A stretch of 64,000 bases of DNA from Candidatus Binatia bacterium (GCA_963664395.2 OY761159.2:704001-768000); one strand, 5' to 3'. Shown: positions 48,592 through 58,547, numbered from the stretch's first letter. Made by a program: numbers and translations. The notes: generated by a model from the sequence alone, not told the origin.

Positions 48592-51500
48592 GTGGATTTT
48601 CTCGCACTAGACCTCGAAGTCGGACGGCACGACAACCGCATCCATGCCTTTGGCGCAGTGCGGTCGTGGAGCGGCAAGGCCCAAACATTTCAGGGGGGCG
48701 ACCTAAACGCGGCCCTGGAAAACCTGGACACGTTTGCCAAGGGCGCGGATTACCTGCTGGGCCATAATCTGATCGCGTTCGACCTGCCTCATCTGACCGC
48801 GGCAAAACCCGGCCTGCGGCTGTTGCGCCTACCCGCAGTGGATACCTTGCGGCTCAATCCCCTGGCCTTCCCCCGCCATCCCTACCACCATCTGGTCAAG
48901 CACTATCAGGACGGACAACTCAAACGCGGACGTATAAACGACCCGGAGTTGGACGCCCGGCTCTGTCTGGACGTTTTCGGCGATCAGCAAAAAGCGCTGA
49001 GTGAAACGGACCCCGACTTGCTGACCGCCTGGCACTGGCTGACCGGCGCGGACGACGCCGGGGCCGGCTTTGACGCTTTCTTTGCGGCCCTGCGAGGGGC
49101 GGCCCGACCGTCCCACGTGGATGCCTATGGGGCGATCCGCGACCGGCTCGCGGACACGACCTGTCTCACCCAGAGCCGCACGGTGCTGCAAGAAGTCCTG
49201 GCGGATACGGCCGGCAACGGCTGGGGGCTGGCCTATGCGCTGGCTTGGCTGTCGGTAGCCGGCGGGAACTCGGTCATGCCGCCCTGGGTGCGGCATCAGT
49301 TCCCCGAAGCCGGGGTGCTGGTACGCCGGTTGCGCGACACGGCCTGCACCAGTCCCGCCTGCGAGTGGTGTCGGGAACGGCACGACGCCCGCAAGGAACT
49401 GACCCGCTGGTTCGGGTTTGCCGACTTTCGTCCGGAGCCCCACGACAAGGACGGCCAGCCCATGCAGCAGGCCATTGTTGAGGCGATCATGGCCGGACAG
49501 CACGTGCTGGGCATTTTGCCGACCGGCACCGGCAAATCACTGTGCTATCAAATCCCGGCCCTGTCCCGGTACGACAAGACCGGCGCGCTGACCGTGGTCA
49601 TCTCACCGCTGGTGGCGCTCATGGCCGACCAAGTCTCCGGCCTGGAATCCCACGGCGTCGTGTCCGGCGTGACCATCAACGGCATGCTGTCCATGCCCGA
49701 GCGCTCCGCGGCCCTGGAGCGGGTGCGCCTGGGCGATGCCAGCATCCTCATTGTCTCACCCGAGCAACTGCGCAGCCGTACCGTGCGCCGGGTCCTGGAA
49801 CAGCGTGAGATCAGCCTCTGGGTGCTGGACGAGGCGCATTGCCTGTCACGCTGGGGCCACGACTTCCGGCCCGACTACCGCTACGTGGCACGCTTCATCC
49901 GCGAGAAGGCACCCGACGGACAAATAGTCTGCCTGACGGCAACGGCCAAGCCCGAGGTGCGGGAAGACATACTCACCCACTTTCGTGACAAGCTCGGCGT
50001 TGACCTCAGCGTCTTTGACGGCGGCGCTCAACGCACCAATCTGGAATTCGTGGTCGTGCCGACGACGGGCGGTGAGAAGTTCGCTCATATTCACCAAATC
50101 CTGACCGCGGACCTGCCGTCGGGCAGGCCCGGCGGCGCCATCGTCTACTGCGCGACACGCGCCCAAACCGAATACATCGCCCAGTATCTCCGCGCCAAGC
50201 ATATCGACGCGGCTCACTTCCACGCCGGCCTGTCACCGGAGACCAAGAAGAACGTGCAGCAGCGCTTCATCTACGGCGACCTCCGGGTGATCGTCGCCAC
50301 CAACGCCTTCGGCATGGGCATAGACAAACCGGACGTGCGCTTGGTCATTCACGCCGATATCCCCGGCTCGCTGGAGAACTATGTGCAGGAAGCGGGCCGG
50401 GCCGGACGCGACCGGGAAACGGCGCGCTGTGTGCTGCTCTACACGACCGACGATATCGAGCGACAGTTCGGTATGTCGGCCCGCTCGCGGCTGACTCGGC
50501 CAGAAATCCACGCCATCCTGAAGGCGCTGCGCAACCTGGACCGCAAGAAGCGCATGGACGGCCAAGTCGTTGCCACCGTGGGGGAGATACTTGGCGAGGA
50601 CGAAGACGCCGCGTTCGAGCGCGACTCCGCGACCGACGATACGCGCGTGCGCACCGCCATATCCTGGCTGGAGGAAGCGAAATTATTGACCCGCGAGGAG
50701 GACCGCGTGCAGGTATTCCCCTCCTCCCTGCGGGTCGGCTCACTGGAAGAAGCCCGAGCCAAGCTGGCCAAGACCACCGTTACAGCCGACTATCGCCGGC
50801 GGTTGCTAGCTATTACCGAGAGCGTGATCGACGCCGACCCCGACGAGGGCATCTCCACCGACGAGTTGATGACAGTCTCCGGGTTGCCGGCGGAACAGGT
50901 GCGCCGCGCCCTGCACGACCTGGAGCGGCTGGGGATCGCCAACAACGACACTGTGCTGACCGCCTTTGTCCACACCGGGGTCCAGCACGCCTCGCCAAAA
51001 CGCTTGGACGAGGCCGCAGACCTGGAGCACGCCCTCATCGTCGCCCTGCAAGAGGCGGCCCCGGACATGGGGAAAGATGAAACCTCAACGCTACACGTGC
51101 GCCTCGTCACCCAACGGCTCAAGGACACCGGCCATACATCCGCCCTGCCGGAACGCGTAGTGCGCATTCTGCGCGGTCTTGCCCTGGACGGACGCGGCGA
51201 GGAGGGTGGCAAGGGCAGCCTGGGCTTACGCGGCCTGGGCCGCGAGGCCGTACAGATCACGCTTCAGCGCGAGTGGGCCGCGCTGATAGAGACCGCGGAG
51301 CGGCGCCGGGCCGCGGCCCGGGTGCTGCTGAACCACCTGCTCGACAGCCTGCCTTCGGGGAGTCGAGGCACGGACCTGTTAGCCGAAACAACCCTCGGCA
51401 AGCTGTTGAACGCGATCCGGTCTGACCTGGAGTTAAAGACCTCGGTCAGGAATCCCGAACGACTGCTGGACCGTGCCTTGCTGTGGCTGCACGAACAGGA

Positions 51501-53673
51501 AATCATCCGCCTCAATAAGGGACTGGCCATATTCCGCCCCGCCATGTCCATCCGTCTGAGTCAGGAACAGCGCCGCTTCACTAACGCCGACTTCACACCG
51601 CTCAAGCTCCATTACCAGGACCAAGTGCTCCAGATTCACGTCATGGCGGAGTACGTCCAGCGCGGCTTGCAGGCCATGGCCGACGCATTGGCTCTCGTCA
51701 TGGACTATTTCAGCCTGAAGCAGCAGGATTTTTTGCGCCGCTGGCTGCCCACCCGCGACAAGGAAATTACACGCCAGACCACGCCGGAGTCGTGGCGGTC
51801 CATTGTGGAAGACCTGAAGAATCCCGTCCAGCAACGCATTGTCGCCGACGACCGAGAACAGACCAGCGTCCTGGTACTGGCCGGCCCCGGCTCTGGCAAG
51901 ACGCGGGTCCTGGTCCATCGAATCGCCTATTTATTGCGCGTGCGGCGCGAAAACCCGCGTGGCATTCTGGCACTTGCCTATAATCGCCATGCCGCGGTAG
52001 AAATTCGTCGCCGTCTGGCCGAACTGCTCGGCGACGACGCCCGAGGCGTGACCGTGCTCACCTGTCACGGCTTTGCCATGCGGCTGGTGGGTGCCAGCTT
52101 CAGCGGGCGCGCGGAACGCCTGGACAACGACGCCTTCCGAGAGATACTCCGGCAGGCGGTGGACCTGCTGCGGGGCGCCGGGCTGCCGGCGGACGACGCC
52201 GATGAGCAGCGGGCGCGGCTGCTGGCCGGTTTCCGCTGGATACTCGTGGACGAATACCAGGACATCGGTCCGGAGCAGTACGAGTTGATCTCGGCCCTGG
52301 CCGGCCGTACCCTGGCCGACGAGGACGACAAACTCAGCCTGTTTGCCGTGGGTGACGACGACCAGAACATCTACGCTTTCGACGGGGCGTCGGTCGAGTT
52401 TATCAAGCGTTTCGAGGCGGACTATCGGGCCAGACCGGCCTTCCTGACGGACAATTACCGCTCCACGGCCCATATTATTGCCGCGGCCAACACGGTTATT
52501 GAGCCGGCCGCACGGCGCATGAAATCCGACCATTCTATCCATATTGACCGGGCACGCGCCCGGCAGCCGCTCGGCGGAGTCTGGGAGGAGTTGGACCTCG
52601 TGTCGCGCGGACGGGTGCAGATTATCCCCATACGGCGAGACCCGATCGCACAGGCCCAGGCGGCCATAGCGGAATTGCAGCGTCTGTCCGCCCTGTCAGC
52701 GGACTGGGACTGGTCCGGCTGCGCGGTCATTGCCCGCGAGTGGCGACACCTGGAGCCGGTACGGGCCGGCTGCGAAGTCTACGGCATTCCGGTCCAGATG
52801 GGCAACGAGGAAATCCCAGGGTTTTGGCGGCTGCGGGAGACCCAGACATTGCTTGTCTGGCTACGCCGGGGCGAAACCGACCTCGTGGACAGGAGCGTCC
52901 TCAGCGCTTGGTTGGACGCCCAAGTCTCGGGCCGCTGGACCCAACTGCTGCGAGAAGCCATAGACGAATACGCCCTGGAAACCGGCGGGACGGAAACTCC
53001 GCTGGATCACTTCATCGAGTGGCTGGCGGAGTGGGGGCGAGACGTGCGCCGTCGGCAGCGCGGCCTGTTACTGTTGACCGCACATCGCGCCAAAGGGCTG
53101 GAGTTCGACCACGTGGTCGTTCTGGACGGCGGCTGGAACAGCGTCGGCCGCGGCGAAGACGCAGACGCACCACGCCGGCTCTACTACGTGGCCATGACCC
53201 GTGCCCGGCAGACCTTGGCGCTGACCTGCTTTGAAAGACCCCATTCGTTACAGACAATGCTGCACGCTCACCCTTCGGTCCTGCACCGGCCCCCGGTCGC
53301 ACTGCCACCCTACCCCCCGGAGATGACAACCCGCTACCAGCGGCTCAGCCTGCGCGATGTTGATCTAGGCTTCGCGGGACGCCAACCGGCCAGCAACCCG
53401 GTGCAGCGCGCTATTACCGCTCTTTCGCCTGGCGGCCCGCTTCGAGTCCGTACCACGCAGCAGCCGTGGGCCTTGCTGGATCGCGCCGATAACGTGGTGG
53501 GCCGCCTGGCCAAAGGGTATACGCCACCGGACGCAATGCGGCTCCAATCGGCAACGGTTCTGGCCGTTGTGACGCGCAGTCGGGCCGACTCTGAACCACA
53601 ATACCAAGACGCTCTCAAATGCGAGGAGTGGGAGGTGGTCGTGCCGGAACTGGTGTTTCAACGCGCGGGCTAA
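48592..53673 (+). CDS. Giant helicase fusion: DnaQ-like exonuclease + RecQ (SF2) + UvrD/PcrA (SF1)
   Basis: Exonuclease: LDLE, GHN..FD. RecQ: PTGTGKSLCYQ, DEAHC...WGHDFRPDY, ATNAFGMG, QEAGRAGRD. UvrD: GPGSGKT, DEYQD, VGDDDQNIY, NYRS, TAHRAKGLEF, YVAMTRA. Confidence 0.92.
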   Translation: MDFLALDLEVGRHDNRIHAFGAVRSWSGKAQTFQGGDLNAALENLDTFAKGADYLLGHNLIAFDLPHLTAAKPGLRLLRLPAVDTLRLNPLAFPRHPYHHLVKHYQDGQLKRGRINDPELDARLCLDVFGDQQKALSETDPDLLTAWHWLTGADDAGAGFDAFFAALRGAARPSHVDAYGAIRDRLADTTCLTQSRTVLQEVLADTAGNGWGLAYALAWLSVAGGNSVMPPWVRHQFPEAGVLVRRLRDTACTSPACEWCRERHDARKELTRWFGFADFRPEPHDKDGQPMQQAIVEAIMAGQHVLGILPTGTGKSLCYQIPALSRYDKTGALTVVISPLVALMADQVSGLESHGVVSGVTINGMLSMPERSAALERVRLGDASILIVSPEQLRSRTVRRVLEQREISLWVLDEAHCLSRWGHDFRPDYRYVARFIREKAPDGQIVCLTATAKPEVREDILTHFRDKLGVDLSVFDGGAQRTNLEFVVVPTTGGEKFAHIHQILTADLPSGRPGGAIVYCATRAQTEYIAQYLRAKHIDAAHFHAGLSPETKKNVQQRFIYGDLRVIVATNAFGMGIDKPDVRLVIHADIPGSLENYVQEAGRAGRDRETARCVLLYTTDDIERQFGMSARSRLTRPEIHAILKALRNLDRKKRMDGQVVATVGEILGEDEDAAFERDSATDDTRVRTAISWLEEAKLLTREEDRVQVFPSSLRVGSLEEARAKLAKTTVTADYRRRLLAITESVIDADPDEGISTDELMTVSGLPAEQVRRALHDLERLGIANNDTVLTAFVHTGVQHASPKRLDEAADLEHALIVALQEAAPDMGKDETSTLHVRLVTQRLKDTGHTSALPERVVRILRGLALDGRGEEGGKGSLGLRGLGREAVQITLQREWAALIETAERRRAAARVLLNHLLDSLPSGSRGTDLLAETTLGKLLNAIRSDLELKTSVRNPERLLDRALLWLHEQEIIRLNKGLAIFRPAMSIRLSQEQRRFTNADFTPLKLHYQDQVLQIHVMAEYVQRGLQAMADALALVMDYFSLKQQDFLRRWLPTRDKEITRQTTPESWRSIVEDLKNPVQQRIVADDREQTSVLVLAGPGSGKTRVLVHRIAYLLRVRRENPRGILALAYNRHAAVEIRRRLAELLGDDARGVTVLTCHGFAMRLVGASFSGRAERLDNDAFREILRQAVDLLRGAGLPADDADEQRARLLAGFRWILVDEYQDIGPEQYELISALAGRTLADEDDKLSLFAVGDDDQNIYAFDGASVEFIKRFEADYRARPAFLTDNYRSTAHIIAAANTVIEPAARRMKSDHSIHIDRARARQPLGGVWEELDLVSRGRVQIIPIRRDPIAQAQAAIAELQRLSALSADWDWSGCAVIAREWRHLEPVRAGCEVYGIPVQMGNEEIPGFWRLRETQTLLVWLRRGETDLVDRSVLSAWLDAQVSGRWTQLLREAIDEYALETGGTETPLDHFIEWLAEWGRDVRRRQRGLLLLTAHRAKGLEFDHVVVLDGGWNSVGRGEDADAPRRLYYVAMTRARQTLALTCFERPHSLQTMLHAHPSVLHRPPVALPPYPPEMTTRYQRLSLRDVDLGFAGRQPASNPVQRAITALSPGGPLRVRTTQQPWALLDRADNVVGRLAKGYTPPDAMRLQSATVLAVVTRSRADSEPQYQDALKCEEWEVVVPELVFQRAG

Positions 53674-53702
53674 GCCGCCCCGTTGTTTCGTTATGCGGAG
53701 AG

Positions 53703-53751
53703 CAAGCCGATTTGTCAGAGGCCGTGGAGCCTTTCGGCTTTCATCAACATA
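53703..53751. repeat. Direct repeat copy A (pairs with 55500-55549)
   Basis: CAAGCCGATTTGTC(A/G)GAG(G/A)CCG...TC(G/A)GCTTTCATCAACATA occurs at both sites. Confidence 0.8.
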
Positions 53752-53824
53752 AGCCCGCAACGCCGGCAAAATCCGCGTTCCTTAAAAAAGACTATGGCCT
53801 TTAGGCTTTCCTCCTGTCGCCCGT

Positions 53825-54226
53825 TTACGGAGCCGGTTTTCTGATCGACCGCTCTGCGGCTGTATAGTATCGAACATCTTCATTCTTTATTCGGATGATT
53901 TTTCCCATGCGTTGTGCTTTTGTTCGGAACTCATCGTGCCGGACTAACACTCGTAAAGACTGTGGAATTTCGCGGACTCGGCTATCCGGTATGGCAAAGC
54001 ACACGATACAAAAGCGTGGGTCTGCCCGGACCTTTCGCCAAAAATCCTGCTCGTTGATCGTGACAAATGTTGGCTGGGGCTGTTGCCGTAGTAAGTCAGG
54101 AATAGCGTCGTCTTTGATGATGCTGTTCGGACGCAAATCCAGGATGTATTGAACCGCTCCTCGATACCATTTTGCGATGTCTCGCTCAATATCTCGTCCT
54201 AATAACTGTTCGTCCAGAACAATCAT
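53825..54226 (-). CDS. PIN-like (DUF5615/VapC45-type) putative toxin
   Basis: MIVLDEQL...IKDD.I...FVT.N..DF. Translationally coupled to DUF433. Confidence 0.7.
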   Translation of the reverse strand: MIVLDEQLLGRDIERDIAKWYRGAVQYILDLRPNSIIKDDAIPDLLRQQPQPTFVTINEQDFWRKVRADPRFCIVCFAIPDSRVREIPQSLRVLVRHDEFRTKAQRMGKIIRIKNEDVRYYTAAERSIRKPAP

Positions 54227-54507
54227 CAGGCAGATGCTAAGTGGGGGAGGGTCTTGATGAACTGATCTGTTACCAAGCGGACCGCCTCCATTATTGCAGC
54301 CTGGGAGACACGACCGCGATAACCTTCGACGATCTCATCGATATTTTCTCCCGCCGCTAGCCGCTCGAGCGTGCCGGTGATCTCAACACGCGTGTATTTG
54401 AAAGTGGGACGGCCCCCACATACGCCCGCCGCTCGTACGACATAGTCCCCAAGCGGGTAATAGTGGTAGGGTTCTCCAGCAACTATTTCGGTCACGAAAG
54501 CTGACAT
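54226..54507 (-). CDS. DUF433 putative antitoxin
   Basis: GVCGGRPTF..TRV....LE.LAAG..IDEI...Y...I.EA. Confidence 0.85.
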   Translation of the reverse strand: MSAFVTEIVAGEPYHYYPLGDYVVRAAGVCGGRPTFKYTRVEITGTLERLAAGENIDEIVEGYRGRVSQAAIMEAVRLVTDQFIKTLPHLASA

Positions 54508-54611
54508 AAAAGGGACTCCTTACCGGCCAGTTCCGCCGCTATTATGCACCGGGGAAACTGCTGAAAACAAGACAAGGTATTCTAGCGCAATTCACCATTA
54601 TGTGTCGCCTT

Positions 54612-54684
54612 GTAGGTCGGGTGAGCTGCAGGCGTAAGCCGACAGCCCGGACTTGTCGGATTACGCTCCGCTAATCCGACCTAC
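54612..54684. repeat. REPIN-like doublet of inverted GTAG-type REPs
   Basis: GTAGGTCGGGTGAGC...CGTAAGCCGACA and TGTCGGATTACGCTCCGCTAATCCGACCTAC. A related half copy lies at 61662-61689. Confidence 0.7.
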
Positions 54685-54728
54685 TTACTGGTGTTCCAGC
54701 GCGCGGACTGAGCCGCCCCATTGTTCCG

Positions 54729-55157
54729 TTATACGGAGGACAGACGCCGGAAATGCTCCCAGGCGATACGTGGTGACCGGACAGTCACCGGCCCGCGGCA
54801 GTTCGACGGAAAATGTTTCAGGTTACCGCTCACCAGCGTTCGTGGGGTTGTCAGGAGGGCAACCTCCAGGAATACCGAGTCATCCGCGTCAGGCGGGTCC
54901 CGGTGCGACCAGGGCAGCGCGGTGACGTGTTCCTGGAATTGCAAGATAGCAAAAAAGGCATCCTGCCAAGCTCGTACTATGCCAAGCCGTGGTCGGGCTA
55001 AGACCTCCCGGTATTCCAACTCAATACGGTCGTCAAACGCAAGCCGCAACCGACGCGCCAAGAGCATATCAACGAGGCGACCCGGTGGCCCAAGAGGCGA
55101 GAGGAGGCCCGACACAAGGACGTTGGTATCCAGCACCCAGACAGGAGCCTCAGCCAC
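54729..55157 (-). CDS. PIN domain (VapC-like) putative toxin
   Basis: VLDTNVLVSGL...EY.EVL.RP...PD.DD..FLEVA....LVSGN.KHFP. Confidence 0.88.
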   Translation of the reverse strand: MAEAPVWVLDTNVLVSGLLSPLGPPGRLVDMLLARRLRLAFDDRIELEYREVLARPRLGIVRAWQDAFFAILQFQEHVTALPWSHRDPPDADDSVFLEVALLTTPRTLVSGNLKHFPSNCRGPVTVRSPRIAWEHFRRLSSV

Positions 55158-55461
55158 GCCGTACTCTTTTTTTCCGTGCCCGTCGTGCGGCTCTGATCTC
55201 CCGCTCTAGGTCTGCGGGCGTGACGGCCTCCGCGTCGTTTTGGGAGGATCGTGTCCGCATCGCGCGCACTGCCCGGCGGGCACGGGCAAACACGATTTCG
55301 CCGATATCCTCAAATAGTGTGGCGTCACTGGTGGGAATCATGATGCTGCGGGGGACCCCGTCTTTGGTGACTACCAGCGCCCCTTCCCGTTCAAGTTCCG
55401 CCCACACCTTCCCTGGCGCTGCGGTTAACATTCGTGAGGCGATTGTCTTCATGCACGACAT
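55150..55461 (-). CDS. Phd/YefM-like antitoxin (start may be 55452)
   Basis: MKTIASR.L......VW..L......VVTKDG.P. Overlaps the PIN gene start. Confidence 0.75.
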   Translation of the reverse strand: MSCMKTIASRMLTAAPGKVWAELEREGALVVTKDGVPRSIMIPTSDATLFEDIGEIVFARARRAVRAMRTRSSQNDAEAVTPADLEREIRAARRARKKRVRRG

Positions 55462-55482
55462 CTACTCAATGTAATGTCGTGC
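55453..55482 (-). promoter_or_regulatory. Putative autoregulatory operator of the Phd/PIN module
   Basis: GCACGACAT-N12-ATGTCGTGC perfect inverted repeat at the gene start, with TTGACG adjacent on the minus strand. Confidence 0.6.
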
Positions 55483-55499
55483 GTCAAGTCAGCTCAGGA

Positions 55500-55549
55500 C
55501 AAGCCGATTTGTCGGAGACCGCTAAACCCCCTCAGCTTTCATCAACATA
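55500..55549. repeat. Direct repeat copy B, overlapping the 3' end of the LLM gene
   Basis: Contains the last codons (YVDES*) of 55532..56545 and matches 53703-53751. Confidence 0.8.
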
Positions 55550-56545
55550 CTTTCGCAGCGCCGGTAGCACTCGCTCGCCCAATAAACGTAGACCCTGTGC
55601 GGTTGTGAGGCCGTGGGGGGTGCCGAACTCGACCCGTCGGGCGCCAGCTTCGAATAGCGCCGCGGCTTGATTGGCTACTTGGTCCGGCGTTCCGGCAAAA
55701 GCCAGACGCTGGAGCAAGTCGTCGGAAATATAGCTTCCGGCTTGCTCAAAATCGTAGGCGTCGGTCGCTTCCTTAAGTCGGGCCAATAACTCGGGCTCAA
55801 TGGCTAAGCTGTGGTCCAGCGTGGCGATAATCGGCAGATAGAGCGCGGCTTCTCGCCGGGCGAGAGCGCGGGCGGCTTTGCCGTCCGTATCAACCACTGT
55901 GACCGCTCCGACCACTAAGCCAATTTCGTCAGCCTGCCGTCGGACCTGCCCAGCACCCTTGGCTATGGCAGCGCGCATCTGAGACACTGCGGTCGGGTTC
56001 GTTGTCCCGCCGAGTTTAACCTCCGCGATGTCTTCAATACACGCCGCAAGCGTCTTCTGCCCCCACGTTCCCAACAGAAAAGGAAGCTCTGACCGGTGTA
56101 TCTTCCAGCGCAGAGCCTCGCCGCCGGCTAAGGAAAACGCCTCTCCTCGATAGGGTTGGGTCGATTGGCTAAGCAGATGCCGAATGCAACCAAACGCCTC
56201 CCGGAGTGCGGTGATGGGTCGCCGGGGGCGCAGACCGACAAAATCCAGCCAAGCCCCACGCGCCAAGCCCAAATAGGCCCGTCCATGTGACGCTTCATCA
56301 AGAAGAGCGATATTGCCGGCAATATTGATGGGGTGACAGGTAAACGGATTGACCGCCGCGGGGCCGATACGGACGCGGCTCGTGTGTCGCGCGATTTCCA
56401 GCAGCGGCAGCCAGGCCGGCTGATACAGCATGTCATTATAGACGCTCACGCCGGCAAAGCCGAAGTCTTCAACGGTTTTCGCCAGCGGCCCGTAGGCCGA
56501 GAGGGGCTTATCCGTCTGAAAGGCAATGCTGACCGAACGGGTCAT
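55532..56545 (-). CDS. LLM class oxidoreductase, Mer-like (possibly F420-dependent)
   Basis: IGPAAVNPFT.HP, LDEAS.GRA.LG.ARG and C-terminal VEFGTPHG motifs. Confidence 0.85.
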   Translation of the reverse strand: MTRSVSIAFQTDKPLSAYGPLAKTVEDFGFAGVSVYNDMLYQPAWLPLLEIARHTSRVRIGPAAVNPFTCHPINIAGNIALLDEASHGRAYLGLARGAWLDFVGLRPRRPITALREAFGCIRHLLSQSTQPYRGEAFSLAGGEALRWKIHRSELPFLLGTWGQKTLAACIEDIAEVKLGGTTNPTAVSQMRAAIAKGAGQVRRQADEIGLVVGAVTVVDTDGKAARALARREAALYLPIIATLDHSLAIEPELLARLKEATDAYDFEQAGSYISDDLLQRLAFAGTPDQVANQAAALFEAGARRVEFGTPHGLTTAQGLRLLGERVLPALRKYVDES

Positions 56546-56611
56546 GACGAGTCTATGAAAGAGCGACCGGCGCCACGTTGCGACCGGCCGCTCCTGCGCT
56601 TCCTGTTCGAC

Positions 56612-57490
56612 CTACGCACCGGGCGCAAACGCCTCAACCGTGCGCATATCGGGTAAGGACTCATCGTCGGCCTTGACCGGCAGAAAGCAGACATGCGTGG
56701 CGCCGGCTTTGAGATGGGCGTCGATACGGTCCTGAATCTGCTCTTCGCTGCCCCAGGCAACGATGGCGTCCACCAGGGCATCGCTGCAACCGTCCTCAAA
56801 GTCCGCGTCCTGCCAGCCCAGGTTTTTCAGGTTGTTGGTGTAATTGGGCAGCCGAGGAACATAGGTCTTCATATACTGCCGCGCGGCGGCGCGGGCCTTG
56901 GTCGCATCCTTTTCGAGGATGACGGCTTGGGCGGCGCAGATCCAGGCGTCGGGGCCGATCTGCTCGCGCACCTTGGCTGTATGTTCCGGCGGCACGAAAT
57001 AGGTGTGCGTCCCTTGGGTCTGTTCTGCGGACAACGCAAGCATCTTGGGATGCAGAGCCGCAATCACGATGGGGGCCGGCTCTTTGGGTTTCGGCGCCTG
57101 GTAAAAGACGTCTTTCAGTTTCGGCAGGTATTCCTTCATATAGCTATACGGCTTGTTATAGTCGTGACCACGCAGGTTGGACACAATCGGCTTGTGACTG
57201 ACACCAATGCCGAGCACAAACCGACCGCCGGACAGCTCGGCCACCGTATTCGTTGCCGCGGCCATGGTATAGGCGTCACGCGCCCAGATATTGGCAATCC
57301 CGGTCGCGATAGACAACTTCTCGGTATTGTTCAGCAGATACGCAGCATGCGCAAACGGCTCACGTCCGACCGCTTCGGGTATCCACAGCGTCTTATAGCC
57401 GGCCTGCTCAACCGTCTGGGCAAATTGGGCGCTCTGCGGAGCCGTCATACCGTCCAGAAAAAACCATACCCCTACTTTTCCGATATCCAT
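56612..57490 (-). CDS. LLM class F420-dependent oxidoreductase (MSMEG_4141-like)
   Basis: ATGIANIWARD, GRFVLGIGVSH, Y.VPPEHT...R and H..AGA.HVC motifs. Confidence 0.85.
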   Translation of the reverse strand: MDIGKVGVWFFLDGMTAPQSAQFAQTVEQAGYKTLWIPEAVGREPFAHAAYLLNNTEKLSIATGIANIWARDAYTMAAATNTVAELSGGRFVLGIGVSHKPIVSNLRGHDYNKPYSYMKEYLPKLKDVFYQAPKPKEPAPIVIAALHPKMLALSAEQTQGTHTYFVPPEHTAKVREQIGPDAWICAAQAVILEKDATKARAAARQYMKTYVPRLPNYTNNLKNLGWQDADFEDGCSDALVDAIVAWGSEEQIQDRIDAHLKAGATHVCFLPVKADDESLPDMRTVEAFAPGA

Positions 57491-57674
57491 ACAAACCTCC
57501 TCAGACAAAGTCTCGCAAAAATCTGGTATTTGCAACGAACCGCACCATATGCCGGGCGTTATTGGGCTGTCAATCTTGGAGCTGCTTGAGAGCCGCTCTC
57601 CCTCGTCAAGACTCGCTCGGATGTGGTATAGCAGCAGGCAGGAGAAATCTCGCTAGACAAAGAAGGAGGCAGCT

Positions 57675-58547
57675 ATGAAATTCGGCATCCATTATTCTCT
57701 GGGTGTTGGCATGAATCCAAGCATGGACGATTATGTGCGCGTGGCCGTAAAGGCCGAAGAACTCGGCTATCACTCAGCCTGGTTGGGCGACCACGTTGTC
57801 ATCCCGGAAAAAATTGAATCTACCTATCCGTATACGCCCGATGGCTCAGCCAGCTTTCCTCGGCGCTTGCCCTTTCCAGATACCTTTGTCGTCCTGGCTG
57901 CCCTGGGCGCTCATACCAAAACCATCAAACTCGGCACCAGCGTAATCGTCGTCCCGTACCGCAATCCGCTCCCGGTGGCCAAGGCGGTGGCGACGGTCGA
58001 TATGGCGACCAATGGCCGCTATCTTTTTGGCGTTGGGGTGGGCTGGCTGGCGGAAGAGTTTGAGGCGTTGGGAGAGAAATTCTCTGAACGGGGCAGCCGC
58101 ACCAGAGAGTATCTTCAGGTCATGAAAGCCGTCTGGCAGGAAGAGGCCGCCAGCTTTGAGGGCAAATATTTTTCCTTTCCCGACCTGTACGCCCTGCCGC
58201 TGCCGGTCCAAAAGCCTCACCCGCCCATCATCTTTGGTGGCGAGAGTATGCCGGCCCTCAAGCGCGTAGCCGACCTGGGCGACGGCTGGCAGCCCGGTCC
58301 GGTCCCGCTCGAAACCTTGAGAAAACGTATGGGACAACTGAGAGAGCTTATGGCCGAACGTGGCCGGGATTTTTCGCAGTTGTCAATCTCCATGCTGGGC
58401 GATGTCAAAGACCTTCAGGAAAATCCCGATACGCTGGCCGCACTCGGTGAACTCGGCGTCCAAGAGATGGTGTTATTTATGGCAACCCTGGACACGGATA
58501 AGACGCTGGCACAGATGGAAGAAGCTGCGAACGCATTTATGTCCTAG
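57675..58547 (+). CDS. LLM class F420-dependent oxidoreductase (Rv2161c-like)
   Basis: DHVVIP....STYPY, GVGVGWL.EEF.ALG and P.PVQKPHPPI..GG motifs. Confidence 0.85.
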   Translation: MKFGIHYSLGVGMNPSMDDYVRVAVKAEELGYHSAWLGDHVVIPEKIESTYPYTPDGSASFPRRLPFPDTFVVLAALGAHTKTIKLGTSVIVVPYRNPLPVAKAVATVDMATNGRYLFGVGVGWLAEEFEALGEKFSERGSRTREYLQVMKAVWQEEAASFEGKYFSFPDLYALPLPVQKPHPPIIFGGESMPALKRVADLGDGWQPGPVPLETLRKRMGQLRELMAERGRDFSQLSISMLGDVKDLQENPDTLAALGELGVQEMVLFMATLDTDKTLAQMEEAANAFMS

